A DNA stretch of 63,980 nucleotides, counting the filler, from Octopus bimaculoides (lineage: Eukaryota): assembly GCF_001194135.2 (NCBI RefSeq). It is 7 parts of 7 records of this genome, joined end to end, with 100 filler letters (N's around TTAATTAATTAA, not from the genome) between each part and the next. Parts side by side here need not be neighbours in the genome. Positions count along the whole stretch, not along the records: positions 40,179 to 48,524 come from NC_068993.1; positions 48,625 to 53,604 come from NW_026307615.1; 5 more parts are not named here. One strand, 5' to 3'. Below, piece after piece: positions 40,548 through 51,875 of this stretch. Under the pieces are notes generated by a model. That model did not search any database, had not been told where the DNA came from, and was given only the letters and a program-made list of their open reading frames with translations. Made by a program: the position numbers and the translations under genes. Position 1 is the first letter of the stretch; the number at the start of each line of letters is the position of its first letter.

Positions 40548-40785
40548 GGAACCCAGAGCTGTCTGCATTTAACAAGACCGTATTTCACAAAGTTTTTGCA
40601 GTAATAGCGCTAATTCCAATATTTGAGATCTTGGGTTGGACACTCGAGAAGATACGCAGCCTGGACAGCAAAACCAGAAAGGTACTGACCACCATTGGCA
40701 ACTTCCGGATTAACAGTGGCACCGGTAGGATTTATGTGAGACAAAGTCATGACGGTAGAATCACAAGGTCAGTCAAAAACAGCTT
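40548..40785 (+). mobile_element. R4/Dong-clade LINE fragment (post-RT region)
   Basis: WNPELSAFNKTVFHKVFAV..FEILGWTLEKIRSLDSKTRKVLT..GNFRINSGTGRIYV. Confidence 0.75.
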
Positions 40786-40927
40786 TTTTTTAAAAAATAG
40801 AAGGGAATATACGTATATGTATGTATACACACATACTCACACTTACCTATACGAATGTATGTGTAAATATATATATGTACACATACATACATACATACAG
40901 ACAGACATATCTATATATATCTATATC

Positions 40928-40961
<34 letters not shown>

Positions 40962-40973
40962 TATATACACACA

Positions 40974-41130
40974 CATCGCTAACCACTACACACAATTTTT
41001 CTCTCTCCTTGTTTCTCTCCTTGTTTCTTTCTGTGTTCCTTTCTGTGGAAGAGCGTAGGCTCGAAACGTTAAAGACTTTTTCAATTCCCGAGCGTTATAC
41101 TAATACATCTGTTTGTTTTCTACACCACTT
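40974..41130 (+). mobile_element. Short non-autonomous HHR-bearing element, copy 2
   Basis: catcgctaaccactacac...ctttctgtggaagagcgtaggctcgaaacgttaaagactttttca.ttcccgagcgtta.actaatacatc, near-identical to 48803-48970. Confidence 0.8.
41039..41074 (+). ncRNA. Minimal type I hammerhead motif (A6U variant)
   Basis: CTTT-CTGTGGA-A-GAGC-GTAG-GCTC-GAAAC-GT-T-AAAG. Confidence 0.7.
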
Positions 41131-41177
41131 GTTTGTATGAATGTATGTATGTATGTATGCATGTACGTATGTATTTC

Positions 41178-41385
41178 TTTGTGTTTGTGTCTGTGAAGCC
41201 ACACTTGACAACCGATGCTATTTTGTTTACCTCCCCCGTGACTTAGCGGTTCGGTAACAGAGAAGGATAGAATAAGTACAAGACTAAAATAAGTACTGGG
41301 GAGCAATTTTTTCAACTAAAACCTTTCAAGGCGATGCTCCAGCATGGTCGCAGTCCTCTAACTGAAACAAGTAAAAGCTAAAAGA
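41178..41385 (+). mobile_element. SINE family A module 2
   Basis: cttgacaaccgatgct...cccgtgacttagcggttcgg...gatagaataagtac...ctccagcatgg...actgaaacaagtaaaag. Confidence 0.85.
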
Positions 41386-41477
41386 ACTCAGGCAATCAAA
41401 TAATCCAGACTCAGTTCTCTATTTCGTCATCTTTCACTAGAATCTTGCAGTAACACGTTACATCTTCAATCGTATTT

Positions 41478-41770
41478 TTAAAAAGATCTTTTACCGATGC
41501 CTGCTTCTTTGGAAACTTCGCCCACTGCCTTGTATCGATTTCCTACAACCACAATCCAGATTTTCTCAGTGTCATTATCATCGTTTTCCATAGACGGGCG
41601 TCCAGATTTTGAATCGTCTTCGATGGATTTTCTTCCAGATTTCAAACGCTGGTACAGCTTGAAGCATCGCATATAATACAAGACATTATCCACATGGGTT
41701 TTTTGAGACGTTAGAAAAGTCTCTACGAAATATTCTTCTGAATTTGAAATCGAATTTCTGAAAGAACTTC
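41478..41770 (-). mobile_element. Mariner transposase N-terminal HTH remnant
   Basis: VETFLTSQKTHVDNVLYYMRCFKLYQRLKSGRKSIEDDSKSGRPS...EKI...NR..AVGEVSKEAGI; matches the mariner W..RF..G...ED..RSGRP signature. Confidence 0.85.
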
Positions 41771-41905
41771 TAGCGTAACCAAATTTCTTATTGTTTATGC
41801 GACAAATCGATTGCGTAAACGGAAACTACGCAGAACCCTGTCGTATATATGTGTGTAATATGTATATGATTGCATACAGACACCAGTATATAAATATGCA
41901 TATAG

Positions 41906-41937
<32 letters not shown>

Positions 41938-41942
41938 TATAT

Positions 41943-42012
<70 letters not shown>

Positions 42013-43059
42013 AATATGTATGTGTAGGTTAACGAACATAGATACATACACACATATATATGAGAACTTACATGGAGAGTGTGTGAAAGTGTAGTTGATA
42101 GGGGGATTGATATAGAAGTAGAGAGATGTATCCATAGATAGATAGTTAGACTGATTGATTGATTGACAAGTCGGTAGGTAACCATCTGGTTGACTACCTG
42201 GTTGGTTTAATGTACAGAAAAAATAGATAAAGTGACTGATTGATTGATTAAGAAATAGGCAGAGAGTGTCAGTAAGGGAGATAGAGAGAGATAGAGAGAG
42301 AGAGATAAAGAAAGAGAGCGATGTGGAGAAGGAGTAATGCTAGTAATATAAAATAAATAAATAAATGAATGAATGAATGAATGAATAAGTAAATGAATAA
42401 GAAGAATTTTTAAAAAACGGTGTGAGAAGGTAAGAGAAATTTGGAATGGCAGAATAAAAGAATTCGAAGAATCATACATGGAAACGAATTAAAGAATTAT
42501 ACATGGAAACGAGTTAAAGAATGCGTTAAGAATGAGGAAAATTAAAGAATTCGGAGGGAAAGATGGAATCCAACGAATAATAATAATAGCATGTGAAAGA
42601 AATGATGGAATTAAATGAAAGATAATAGAATAAAAAGAATGAAAAGAATGAGAAGATAAGTGAAATTATGATACGAAGAACGAGAAGAAAAAACAGGAGG
42701 TCATCAGTAAGAGGAAGAAGTATATGGGTAAGTGAATTATTTGCATATTGGTAATTGATATGCTTTTAGTCTGTGACTGTACTATTTTTTTGACAGAAAG
42801 AACCATATCAACTTCAGCAATGACGTTGTCCATTATTTCCGCGTTTTTTCTTCCCCGATCAATAAAGAACTGTCATGGCTGCCGTAAGATATTAACATGG
42901 CCGTCTTGTTAGGTTAACGCCATCATCGCCAGAATTCTTGTTGTTGTTATAGTTGTTGCTTTAGTGGTGATGGTGATGCTGTCGTTGTTGTTGTTGGTGT
43001 CGTTGTTATTCTTTGTGTTTTTTGATGTTATTGGCGTTGTTGTTTGTGCTGTTGTTGCT

Positions 43060-43480
43060 TTGGACCACAACGTGTTTCTCGGCGAGCAAGCATAAACCTT
43101 TTCGTGGTCTACAAAGCAAGCGAGTCCCCTAAGCAGTATTCCTACGATTTTGTCGAAGACCTGCCGGAGACAGAATACCTGGTCGGTTGCGATGAGAATG
43201 CTGCTGGAAAGAATCGCAACATAGATTCTTCAAGCCGAAAAAACCGGCAGGAGACTTAGATGTTGGCCAGGAACGAGATGGTTGAATTATATCCATTGTC
43301 CCAGTCGATCACACTTTGGAATCAAGCAGGGAAGTCTAAGGATGGTTGCTTCTGATAGAAATCTATGGAGGAACTAACTGAAGACTCTACCCAACGGCCT
43401 TCTTGGGAATATTGGGCAAAGAAGAGGGATAAGTGGGTATACATACTATAGAAGTTACAATGTCGGGACCAGCTAATATT
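43060..43480 (-). mobile_element. RTE-clade LINE RT fragment
   Basis: TDQVFCLRQVFDKIVGILLRGLACFVDHEKVYACSPRNTLW resembles TDQIFTLRQIFEK...CFVDLEKAYDRVPR..LW. Confidence 0.75.
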
Positions 43481-43539
43481 TTCGTATGTCTGAAGTTAGT
43501 TTTCCTCCGTCACTCAAAGTTAGCCTCGTATCTGTGTCT

Positions 43540-43710
43540 GTGTGTGATGCCTAGTAATATTTACACCTATCGAACAAATCGACACCTATCGAAAAAATCG
43601 ACGCATTCTATCGATTTCTATAGCTGAATGGTTAAGTCACCGGGACGTAAAGAAACCGACACCGGTTGTCAAGCGGTGGGACAGAGGATAAATACAGCCA
43701 CAAACACACA
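43540..43710 (-). mobile_element. SINE family A module 2 fragment
   Basis: ttaagtcaccgggacgtaaa...ggttgtcaagcggtggg. Confidence 0.6.
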
Positions 43711-43799
43711 CGCACACACACGTGCATATGCACAGACACACAGACATATTTATATCTATTTATCCCTCTCTCTTGCTCTCTCTCTTTCTCTGTCACTGT

Positions 43800-43905
43800 C
43801 ACGATGACGACGACTACGACGACGGCGATGATGATGATGATGATGACGACAATGATGACGACCACGACGATTATTATTATTATGATGATGATGATGACAA
43901 GATTG
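43800..43905. repeat. Compound (GAC/GAT/TAT)n trinucleotide repeat
   Basis: Read directly from sequence. Confidence 0.9.
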
Positions 43906-44002
43906 ATATCAAATGCTGAGTATAATTCATACAAATAATCAACAAATATATGTGTGTGAATATAAGTACACGCGCATGAGTGTCTGCATGTTTGTGTATG
44001 TG

Positions 44003-44065
<63 letters not shown>

Positions 44066-44250
44066 ATATATATATATATGATACATAGATATATATATAT
44101 ATACATGTATATGCGTACATACATATACACATATTTCTATATGTATGTATGTATGTATGTTTTGTTAATACATATATGTGCAGGAATCACGATGTATCTA
44201 TTGGTGTATTTAATATCCACACACACTCATGCTCACACATACACACACAC

Positions 44251-44324
<74 letters not shown>

Positions 44325-44759
44325 GTATATACATACCTGCACACGCACTTATATATACACACACATATACGTATGCACATATACATAAGTGCATATCTAT
44401 ATACATATACATATTTACATGCGTGCGCACACGTACACATACCGACACAAGCATATCCTTTAGCACAGTAATGTATATACATGTATGTATATATATATAT
44501 ATATATATACATACGGGGAGGGCGCACGCGCGCGTATATGCACATGCTTGTGAAGCTATGTGTAAAATGTAATACATATTCGTGTGCGTGTATATATGTA
44601 TATATATATATATATATNNNNNNNNNNNNNNNNNNNNNNNNNNNNNNNTATATATGCATATATATATACACACACACGCACACACATACACACACGCACA
44701 CGCACACACACACGTATATATATCACACATCATATCATATTTCGGGGAAAGGCTTCGAA

Positions 44760-45130
44760 AATGATGCATCTTATTAGGTTTCGCTGATTGACATTTTTGC
44801 AATGGCCTTTCACCCCCATCGTCTGCGCATTAAATGCGGATTAGTCACAGCTCGATTTCTGAGCCGTGTATTATAAAGCCTCGTTATGGAAACAAACAGG
44901 CTGGCGGTGAGGTGTTAAAAAGCGTAGCGGCGTTAGTACCAGCGAGTGGAACTCTCCTATTCGCCGCTCTTGTTCATCATGTACGCCTTGTCCGCCATTT
45001 GCAAACTCACTAACAAGCATTGAAAGGATTACGAGCTGATTAATCGGACATAGATCAAATTAGGCCTGCGATTCATTAAGGGTTATCCTCTGATGAAGGT
45101 AGTTATCATCCAATCGATGATAAGGGCTGG
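44760..45130. promoter_or_regulatory. Candidate cis-regulatory island
   Basis: Non-repetitive and CpG-retaining; TGATTGACA at 44785 and TGATTAAT at 45037. Confidence 0.3.
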
Positions 45131-46370
45131 ATTATACAGGTTTTTATTATTATATTATATATATTTATATTTTTGTATTTTGCATTTCTCAACTGCCATA
45201 TTTTTAAAGGCTGTTTATTCTCTTTTTTTTTCTGTCTCTTCCTTATACTGCTATTTCTTTCTCCTTCTTTCTCTTTCCCTTCTTTTATTTCTTTCTTGCT
45301 TGATTTATGTGTTAGTTTATATATTTATTTATTTACCTTATATTTACATAAAAAAGTGACTAAAATAAAATAAAACAAAACAATCCGTTTGCGTTCATTT
45401 TATTACTTTCTGTTCGCTTCGCTTAGTCCCTATACTCCCCACCCTCTATCTCTTTATATATGTGTGTATGCATATACATATATACATATATAAATGCGTA
45501 TATATATATATACATATGTATTTGGATGCAGGAGATATAATTATTTTACCCCGCCATCGTTCTTCGGTGTCTCTGGGTGGAAGATATTATCCTGGCAAAG
45601 ATATATTATTAAGTGATTCACATATGTATGACTATGTATGAATGTATACATATATGATTGTTTATACATACATACACATATGCATACATCCATACATGTA
45701 TATATATATATATATATNNNNNNNNNNNNNNNNNNNNNNNNNNNNNNNNNNNNNNNNNNNNNNNNNNNNNNNNNNNNNNNNNNNNNNNNNNNNNNNNNNN
45801 NNNNNNNNNNNNNNNNNNNNNNNNNNNNNNNNNNNNNNNNNNNNNNNNNNNNNNNNNNNNNNNNNNNNNNNNNNNNNNNNNNNNNNNNNNNNNNNNNNNN
45901 NNNNNNNNNNNNNNNNNNNNNNNNNNNNNNNNNNNNNNNNNNNNNNNNNNNNNNNNNNNNNNNNNNNNNNNNNNNNNNNNNNNNNNNNNNNNNNNNNNNN
46001 NNNNNNNNNNNNNNNNNNNNNNNNNNNNNNNNNNNNNNNNNNNNNNNNNNNNNNNNNNNNNNNNNNNNNNNNNNNNNNNNNNNNNNNNNNNNNNNNNNNN
46101 NNNNNNNNNNNNNNNNNNNNNNNNNNNNNNNNNNNNNNNNNNNNNNNNNNNNNNNNNNNNNNNNNNNNNNNNNNNNNNNNNNNNNNNNNNNNNNNNNNNN
46201 NNNNNNNNNNNNNNNNNNNNTATATATACACATGCATCGATAGAATTACAAGACAGATACAGATAGGCACAGATGTATACGCCCATATATGTATAAAGTA
46301 TGTATATATATACACATGTACACACACACATATATATGTATAGATGCATGTATATAAACATTTGTATACG

Positions 46371-46418
<48 letters not shown>

Positions 46419-46424
46419 ATGTAT

Positions 46425-46680
46425 GCGAAGGTGCGTAGCCTACCAGTTACTGCACTGTACTGGCGATCGCTAAATTGTGGTTTCGATATTGGGACCGAGC
46501 AACATGTTGAAATCTTGAGCAAGGCATTCCATTTCATGTTGCTGCAGACCACTCAGCTCCAAATGAACCATCCTGCGACAGAATAGGCTTCTGATCAGAA
46601 TGTGGAATGCTGACCTGTCCGTCTAACCAACCGGTTGGCATTACTCGAATGCTAAAAAACCGATGCAAAACCGTATTGTG
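46425..46680 (+). mobile_element. SINE family C, degenerate
   Basis: ggtgcgtagcc...cttgagcaaggcattccatttcatgttgctgcagaccactcagct...cctgcgacagaatagg. Confidence 0.65.
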
Positions 46681-46793
46681 TCCTGTGCTGTATAACAGTA
46701 TCCTTTCGTGGATTAACAAAACAACCATTAGTTTCATGTTGAGAGAGAGAGATGTCACTAATATTCGAGTCAGCAACTTAGGACGTTGGTGTT

Positions 46794-46859
46794 CGTCCCC
46801 ATTATGTTTTTATCGTCCCCATTATGTTTTTATCGTCCCCATTATGTTTTTATCGTCCC
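46794..46859. repeat. Perfect 20-bp minisatellite CGTCCCCATTATGTTTTTAT x3.3
   Basis: Three identical units plus 6 nt. Confidence 0.95.
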
Positions 46860-47039
46860 AAGATACAAACTTAATATCTCTCTGAACATGACACCAATGA
46901 TAGACTGGTTACTCCTTATTCACCGAAGAAAAGTATGTATAAAAGTATATATACTGTTTTCTTCTTCCATCCTTCTCTAATTCCCTTTTTCTCCCCCTCT
47001 TTCCTTCACCGTTTTCTATCTCTCTCTCTCTCCTTTCCT

Positions 47040-47085
<46 letters not shown>

Positions 47086-47442
47086 CTCTCTCTGTCTCTC
47101 TCTGTCACTCTCTCGTTGCTCACACGTGACCATCGTCCATCTTTCTTTTTCTCACGTGACCATCTTTCTTTTCCTGCACGGACGTTCAAAAGAAACCGAC
47201 ATATACATAGATAGGCATGCATACATAGACACGGAGAAAGAGAGAGAGGAGTGCATAGTTCAAACACAGGTATAAAACAGAAAGAAATGGGTTCTGTTCA
47301 TTTCGCTGAAATCAAAAGCAAAGGTGATTGATAACCTAAAAAAATAAACTACCTATTAGTTGGTTTGGTGCATGTGGCTTTTACTAAAAGAAAGCAATTG
47401 TTAAAATCTATACTGTCTAGAAAATTCTTAAAATTCCAATTA

Positions 47443-47621
47443 CCGTACTTTAACGTGTATACGGAACCATTTTTTGCCAAAACTTAGGTTATGAAATATG
47501 GGAGTTTCTTATACATGGATAGTATTATAATTCCTTACAAAACCTTTTTTTCCGAATTTTAAGCCTCCAAAATTGGAGGTTTCCTTATACACGAGGTTTC
47601 TTTATACACGTTAAAATTCGG
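47443..47621. mobile_element. Tc1/mariner-superfamily (pogo/Tc2-like) MITE
   Basis: TA|CCGTACTTTAACGTGTATA ... TATACACGTTAAAATTCGG|TA (19/21); subterminal gaggttt.cttatacacg repeats. Confidence 0.85.
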
Positions 47622-48417
47622 TATATGTTTATGGCAATGTCATTTCCAAGATTTTATTATTGAAGATTTTAATTACAGAAAACTAATTAATTTCAGTTTA
47701 TTACCAGATAGTTAGGGTTTTCTACGTGTCATTCTCTCTGTCTATGTCTGTCTGTTTCTCTCTCTTTCGCTCTCTCACTTTATGTTAGTATTTTCTAAAC
47801 TCGTATCTGTAAAAGCATGTCTTCAAATTATAAATTTAATCCATCGTCGGCCAAATTGTGTTCAGTTAGCAGAAAGACCTCCTTTCGGACAGTTTTTCTA
47901 CTGGTTGTTATTATAAGAACGAACGGCAGACATTACGATTGTGCACAGTATGTAACCAGAGTAACGACTAAACTGACTAAAGATTTAGCAACAGGTGTGT
48001 TTTGCAATGAATAGAAAATAAAATTTAAAAGAAAAAAAAGAACAAGAAGAAAAACATGACAGTTACAAAACAACCGGACAAGAAAAAAAAAAAACAGGAA
48101 CAAAGGTTGAAAAATACAACGAATGAAATGCAGCGGAGTTAAAGAACTAACAGAAGACATACATAAAAATACAACCAACAGCAACAACAACAATAATCAA
48201 CAAATAGAATAGATTTTGCAAAAATCTCAGCATGAAAAAGTATTTAATTGGTGTTAAGATCTGATTCGTAAAATTGTCTTCTTCGTTTGCAGTAATTCTT
48301 TGTTGAAAGGGAAGAATAATACAGACTATACGAACCAGTTCATTTCTGTTGGAGGCCACTCCGTTGTTTTGCTGTCATTGTTGGGTTTTTTTTCTTTTTT
48401 TCTTTTGCATGTTATTT

Positions 48418-48453
<36 letters not shown>

Positions 48454-48624
48454 TCGTTCTTTCTTTCGATCTTTCTTTCTGTTGCTTTTTTGTAGAAACA
48501 TGTTTGGTTGTTGGTTAGTGTCGTNNNNNNNNNNNNNNNNNNNNNNNNNNNNNNNNNNNNNNNNNNNNTTAATTAATTAANNNNNNNNNNNNNNNNNNNN
48601 NNNNNNNNNNNNNNNNNNNNNNNN

Positions 48625-48808
48625 TCCGTCTACCAAATCCACTCACAAGGTTTTGGTCGGCCCGAAGCTATAGTTGCTTCCCAACCACATGTTTCCGGGT
48701 TCAGTTCCACTACGTCACACCGTGGGATCGTGTCTCCTACGATAGCCCCGGGCTGAGTATAGCCTTGTGAGTGGAATTGGTAGTCGGAAACTGAAAGAAG
48801 CCCATCGC
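48625..48808. mobile_element. Inverted pair of SINE family A module-1 fragments
   Basis: Minus piece tccgtctaccaaatccactcacaagg (48625-) joined near 48677 to a plus piece ending ccttgtgagtggaattggtagtcggaaactgaaagaagccc. Confidence 0.8.
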
Positions 48809-48970
48809 TAGCCACTACACATCCTTTTCTTTTCTCTCCTTGTTTCTTTCTGTGGAAGAGCGTAGGCTCGAAACGTTAAAGACTTTTTCATTTCCCGAGC
48901 GTTAAACTAATACATCGGTTTTTTGTCTACACCACCTGTCTTCGTCTTTAGTTTTTTTGTGAATTCTCCC
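48803..48970 (+). mobile_element. Short non-autonomous HHR-bearing element, copy 3
   Basis: catcgctagccactacac ... gaattctccc followed by (TA)n. Confidence 0.8.
48846..48881 (+). ncRNA. Minimal type I hammerhead motif (A6U variant)
   Basis: Identical to 41039-41074. Confidence 0.7.
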
Positions 48971-49770
48971 TATATATATATATATATATATATATNNNNN
49001 NNNNNNNNNNNNNNNNNNNNNNNNNNNNNNNNNNNNNNNNNNNNNNNNNNNNNNNNNNNNNNNNNNNNNNNNNNNNNNNNNNNNNNNNNNNNNNNNNNNN
49101 NNNNNNNNNNNNNNNNNNNNNNNNNNNNNNNNNNNNNNNNNNNNNNNNNNNNNNNNNNNNNNNNNNNNNNNNNNNNNNNNNNNNNNNNNNNNNNNNNNNN
49201 NNNNNNNNNNNNNNNNNNNNNNNNNNNNNNNNNNNNNNNNNNNNNNNNNNNNNNNNNNNNNNNNNNNNNNNNNNNNNNNNNNNNNNNNNNNNNNNNNNNN
49301 NNNNNNNNNNNNNNNNNNNNNNNNNNNNNNNNNNNNNNNNNNNNNNNNNNNNNNNNNNNNNNNNNNNNNNNNNNNNNNNNNNNNNNNNNNNNNNNNNNNN
49401 NNNNNNNNNNNNNNNNNNNNNNNNNNNNNNNNNNNNNNNNNNNNNNNNNNNNNNNNNNNNNNNNNNNNNNNNNNNNNNNNNNNNNNNNNNNNNNNNNNNN
49501 NNNNNNNNNNNNNNNNNNNNNNNNNNNNNNNNNNNNNNNNNNNNNNNNNNNNNNNNNNNNNNNNNNNNNNNNNNNNNNNNNNNNNNNNNNNNNNNNNNNN
49601 NNNNNNNNNNNNNNNNNNNNNNNNNNNNNNNNNNNNNNNNNNNNNNNNNNNNNNNNNNNNNNNNNNNNNNNNNNNNNNNNNNNNNNNNNNNNNNNNNNNN
49701 NNNNNNTATATATATATATATATAGCAATGTTAATTCTCTAAATGAAGTATTAACAGTAACTGCACGATA

Positions 49771-49884
49771 AAGTGTAGTATATTGCCACTTAAGTGTGGC
49801 TGACCCCTAGGGGTGGATGTTACTGTTGCTTTTAGCCCCAGGAGGACATCTCCTCCAGCTGGCTTATCGACACACGCCTGTGTC

Positions 49885-49890
<6 letters not shown>
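49771..49890 (+). repeat. Palindrome-rich unclassified interspersed repeat (rearranged copy at 51901-51947)
   Basis: Shares aagtgtagtatattgcc and ccccaggaggacatc with 51901. Confidence 0.7.
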
Positions 49891-49918
<28 letters not shown>

Positions 49919-49923
49919 ATCTA

Positions 49924-50245
49924 GGTGCAGGAATGGCCGTGGGGTAAGTAGTAGCTTCATTACCAACCACATGGTTCCGGATTCATTCCCATGCGTGGCA
50001 CCTTGGTCAAGTGTCTTTTATTATAGTCCCGGGGTGGCCAAACTCTTCTGAGTGGTCGGTCCCAAGGTTTTGGTCGACCGAGGCTATAGTAAAAGACCCT
50101 TGCCCAAGGTGCCACGCAGTGAGCAGGATCCGGAACCATGTGGTTGGTAATCAAGATACTACTTACCCCACAGTCACTCCTGCACCGGACTGAACCCGGA
50201 ACCATGTGGGTGGGAAGGAAGTTTCTTACCACATAGCCACGCCCA
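49924..50245. mobile_element. SINE family A heads: plus 49924-50032, minus 50077-50186, minus fragment 50187-50245
   Basis: tRNA-like heads gtaagtag...accaaccacatggttccgg...gtggcaccttgg.caag in both orientations. Confidence 0.88.
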
Positions 50246-50258
50246 AAAGTATAAAACT

Positions 50259-50330
50259 GGGATTGTCAGGGATTTGAACTTGCGACCTCTGGCACCCAAA
50301 GCGAAAATCATACCCCTAGACCAACGAGCC
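50259..50330 (-). pseudogene. tRNA-Pro(TGG) pseudogene
   Basis: GGCTCGTTGGTCTAGGGGTATGATTTTCGCTTTGGGTGCCAGAGGTCGCAAGTTCAAATCCCTGACAATCCC (72 nt); 5' half matches metazoan tRNA-Pro; T stem and acceptor stem mispaired; T4 run downstream. Confidence 0.88.
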
Positions 50331-50345
50331 ACTTCCTACAGTTGC

Positions 50346-50376
<31 letters not shown>

Positions 50377-50504
50377 ACACACAAATATATATATATATAT
50401 GCAAAGAGACACACACAAACACAAACACCGACATACACACACACGCACATAAACACACAATCATATCCACACACAAACACACATATTGATTAACTAATTA
50501 ATTA

Positions 50505-50645
50505 ATTAAGCCATAGGGTCGTGGCCATGCTGATGAGCCGCATTGAAGTATTTTCATTGCACGAATCGAAGAACTCAATACTTACTAAGGTGCCACACTG
50601 TGGGACTGAACTCCGAACCATGAGATTGGGAAGAAAATTTCTTAN
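50505..50645 (-). mobile_element. SINE family A, internally deleted
   Basis: gtggccatgctg...aaggtgccacactgtgggactgaactccgaaccatg. Confidence 0.65.
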
Positions 50646-51191
50646 NNNNNNNNNNNNNNNNNNNNNNNNNNNNNNNNNNNNNNNNNNNNNNNNNNNNNNN
50701 NNNNNNNNNNNNNNNNNNNNNNNNNNNNNNNNNNNNNNNNNNNNNNNNNNNNNNNNNNNNNNNNNNNNNNNNNNNNNNNNNNNNNNNNNNNNNNNNNNNN
50801 NNNNNNNNNNNNNNNNNNNNNNNNNNNNNNNNNNNNNNNNNNNNNNNNNNNNNNNNNNNNNNNNNNNNNNNNNNNNNNNNNNNNNNNNNNNNNNNNNNNN
50901 NNNNNNNNNNNNNNNNNNNNNNNNNNNNNNNNNNNNNNNNNNNNNNNNNNNNNNNNNNNNNNNNNNNNNNNNNNNNNNNNNNNNNNNNNNNNNNNNNNNN
51001 NNNNNNNNNNNNNNNNNNNNNNNNNNNNNNNNNNNNNNNNNNNNNNNNNNNNNNNNNNNNNNNNNNNNNNNNNNNNNNNNNNNNNNNNNNNNNNNNNNNN
51101 NNNNNNNNNNNNNNNNNNNNNNNNNNNNNNNNNNNNNNNNNNNNNNNNNNNNNNNNNNNNNNNNNNNNNNNNNNNNNNNNNNNNNNNNNNN

Positions 51192-51212
51192 ATCTATCGA
51201 TCTATCTGTCTG

Positions 51213-51263
<51 letters not shown>

Positions 51264-51392
51264 GTCTATCTGTGTGTCTGTCTGTGTGTATGTATGTATG
51301 TCTGTGTGTCTATCTATCTGTCTCTCTGTCTATCTATCTGCCTGTTTGTCTGTCAATCAGTCAGTCAATCTATCTATCGATCTATCTGTCTG

Positions 51393-51473
<81 letters not shown>

Positions 51474-51530
51474 GTCTGTCTGTCTGTCTGTCTGTCCGTC
51501 CGTCCGTCCATCCATCCATCCATCCGTTTG
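51192..51530. repeat. Compound (TCTA/TCTG/TCCA)n tetranucleotide repeat
   Basis: Read directly from sequence. Confidence 0.9.
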
Positions 51531-51554
51531 TCCAGTGCGCATATATTAATGCAT

Positions 51555-51875
51555 CGGTGCAAAAGTGGTCGTGTGTTAAGAATTTGCTTCCCAACCTCAT
51601 GGTTTCGGAATCACTGCTACTGCGTGGGACCGTGAGCAAGTGTTGAGTACTACCCCGCGGGGCGCTCAAAGCCTTCTGAATGAAATTGGTAGATGAAAAA
51701 TGAAAGATCGCTGAAGGCGTGACCGAGTAGCAAGAGGCTTGCTTCTCAACCACATGGTTCTTGGTTCAGTCCTACAGCGTGACACCTTGGGCAAGTGTCT
51801 TCTGCTCTAGCCTTCGGGCGACCAAAGCCTTGCAAAAGGATTTAGAAGACGGAAACTGAAAGAAGCCCGTCGTAC
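51555..51875 (+). mobile_element. Two tandem SINE family A module-1 copies
   Basis: Heads near 51555 and 51714; the second ends gacggaaactgaaagaagcccgtcgta(ta)n. Confidence 0.8.

Noticed and set aside
45089-45125. CTGATGA followed by a TTATCATC/GATGATAA hairpin
   Set aside because: No GAAA strand or cleavage-site helix nearby
34955-46859. 20-bp tandem arrays as possible CRISPR-like repeats
   Set aside because: No spacers and a eukaryotic context; simple minisatellites
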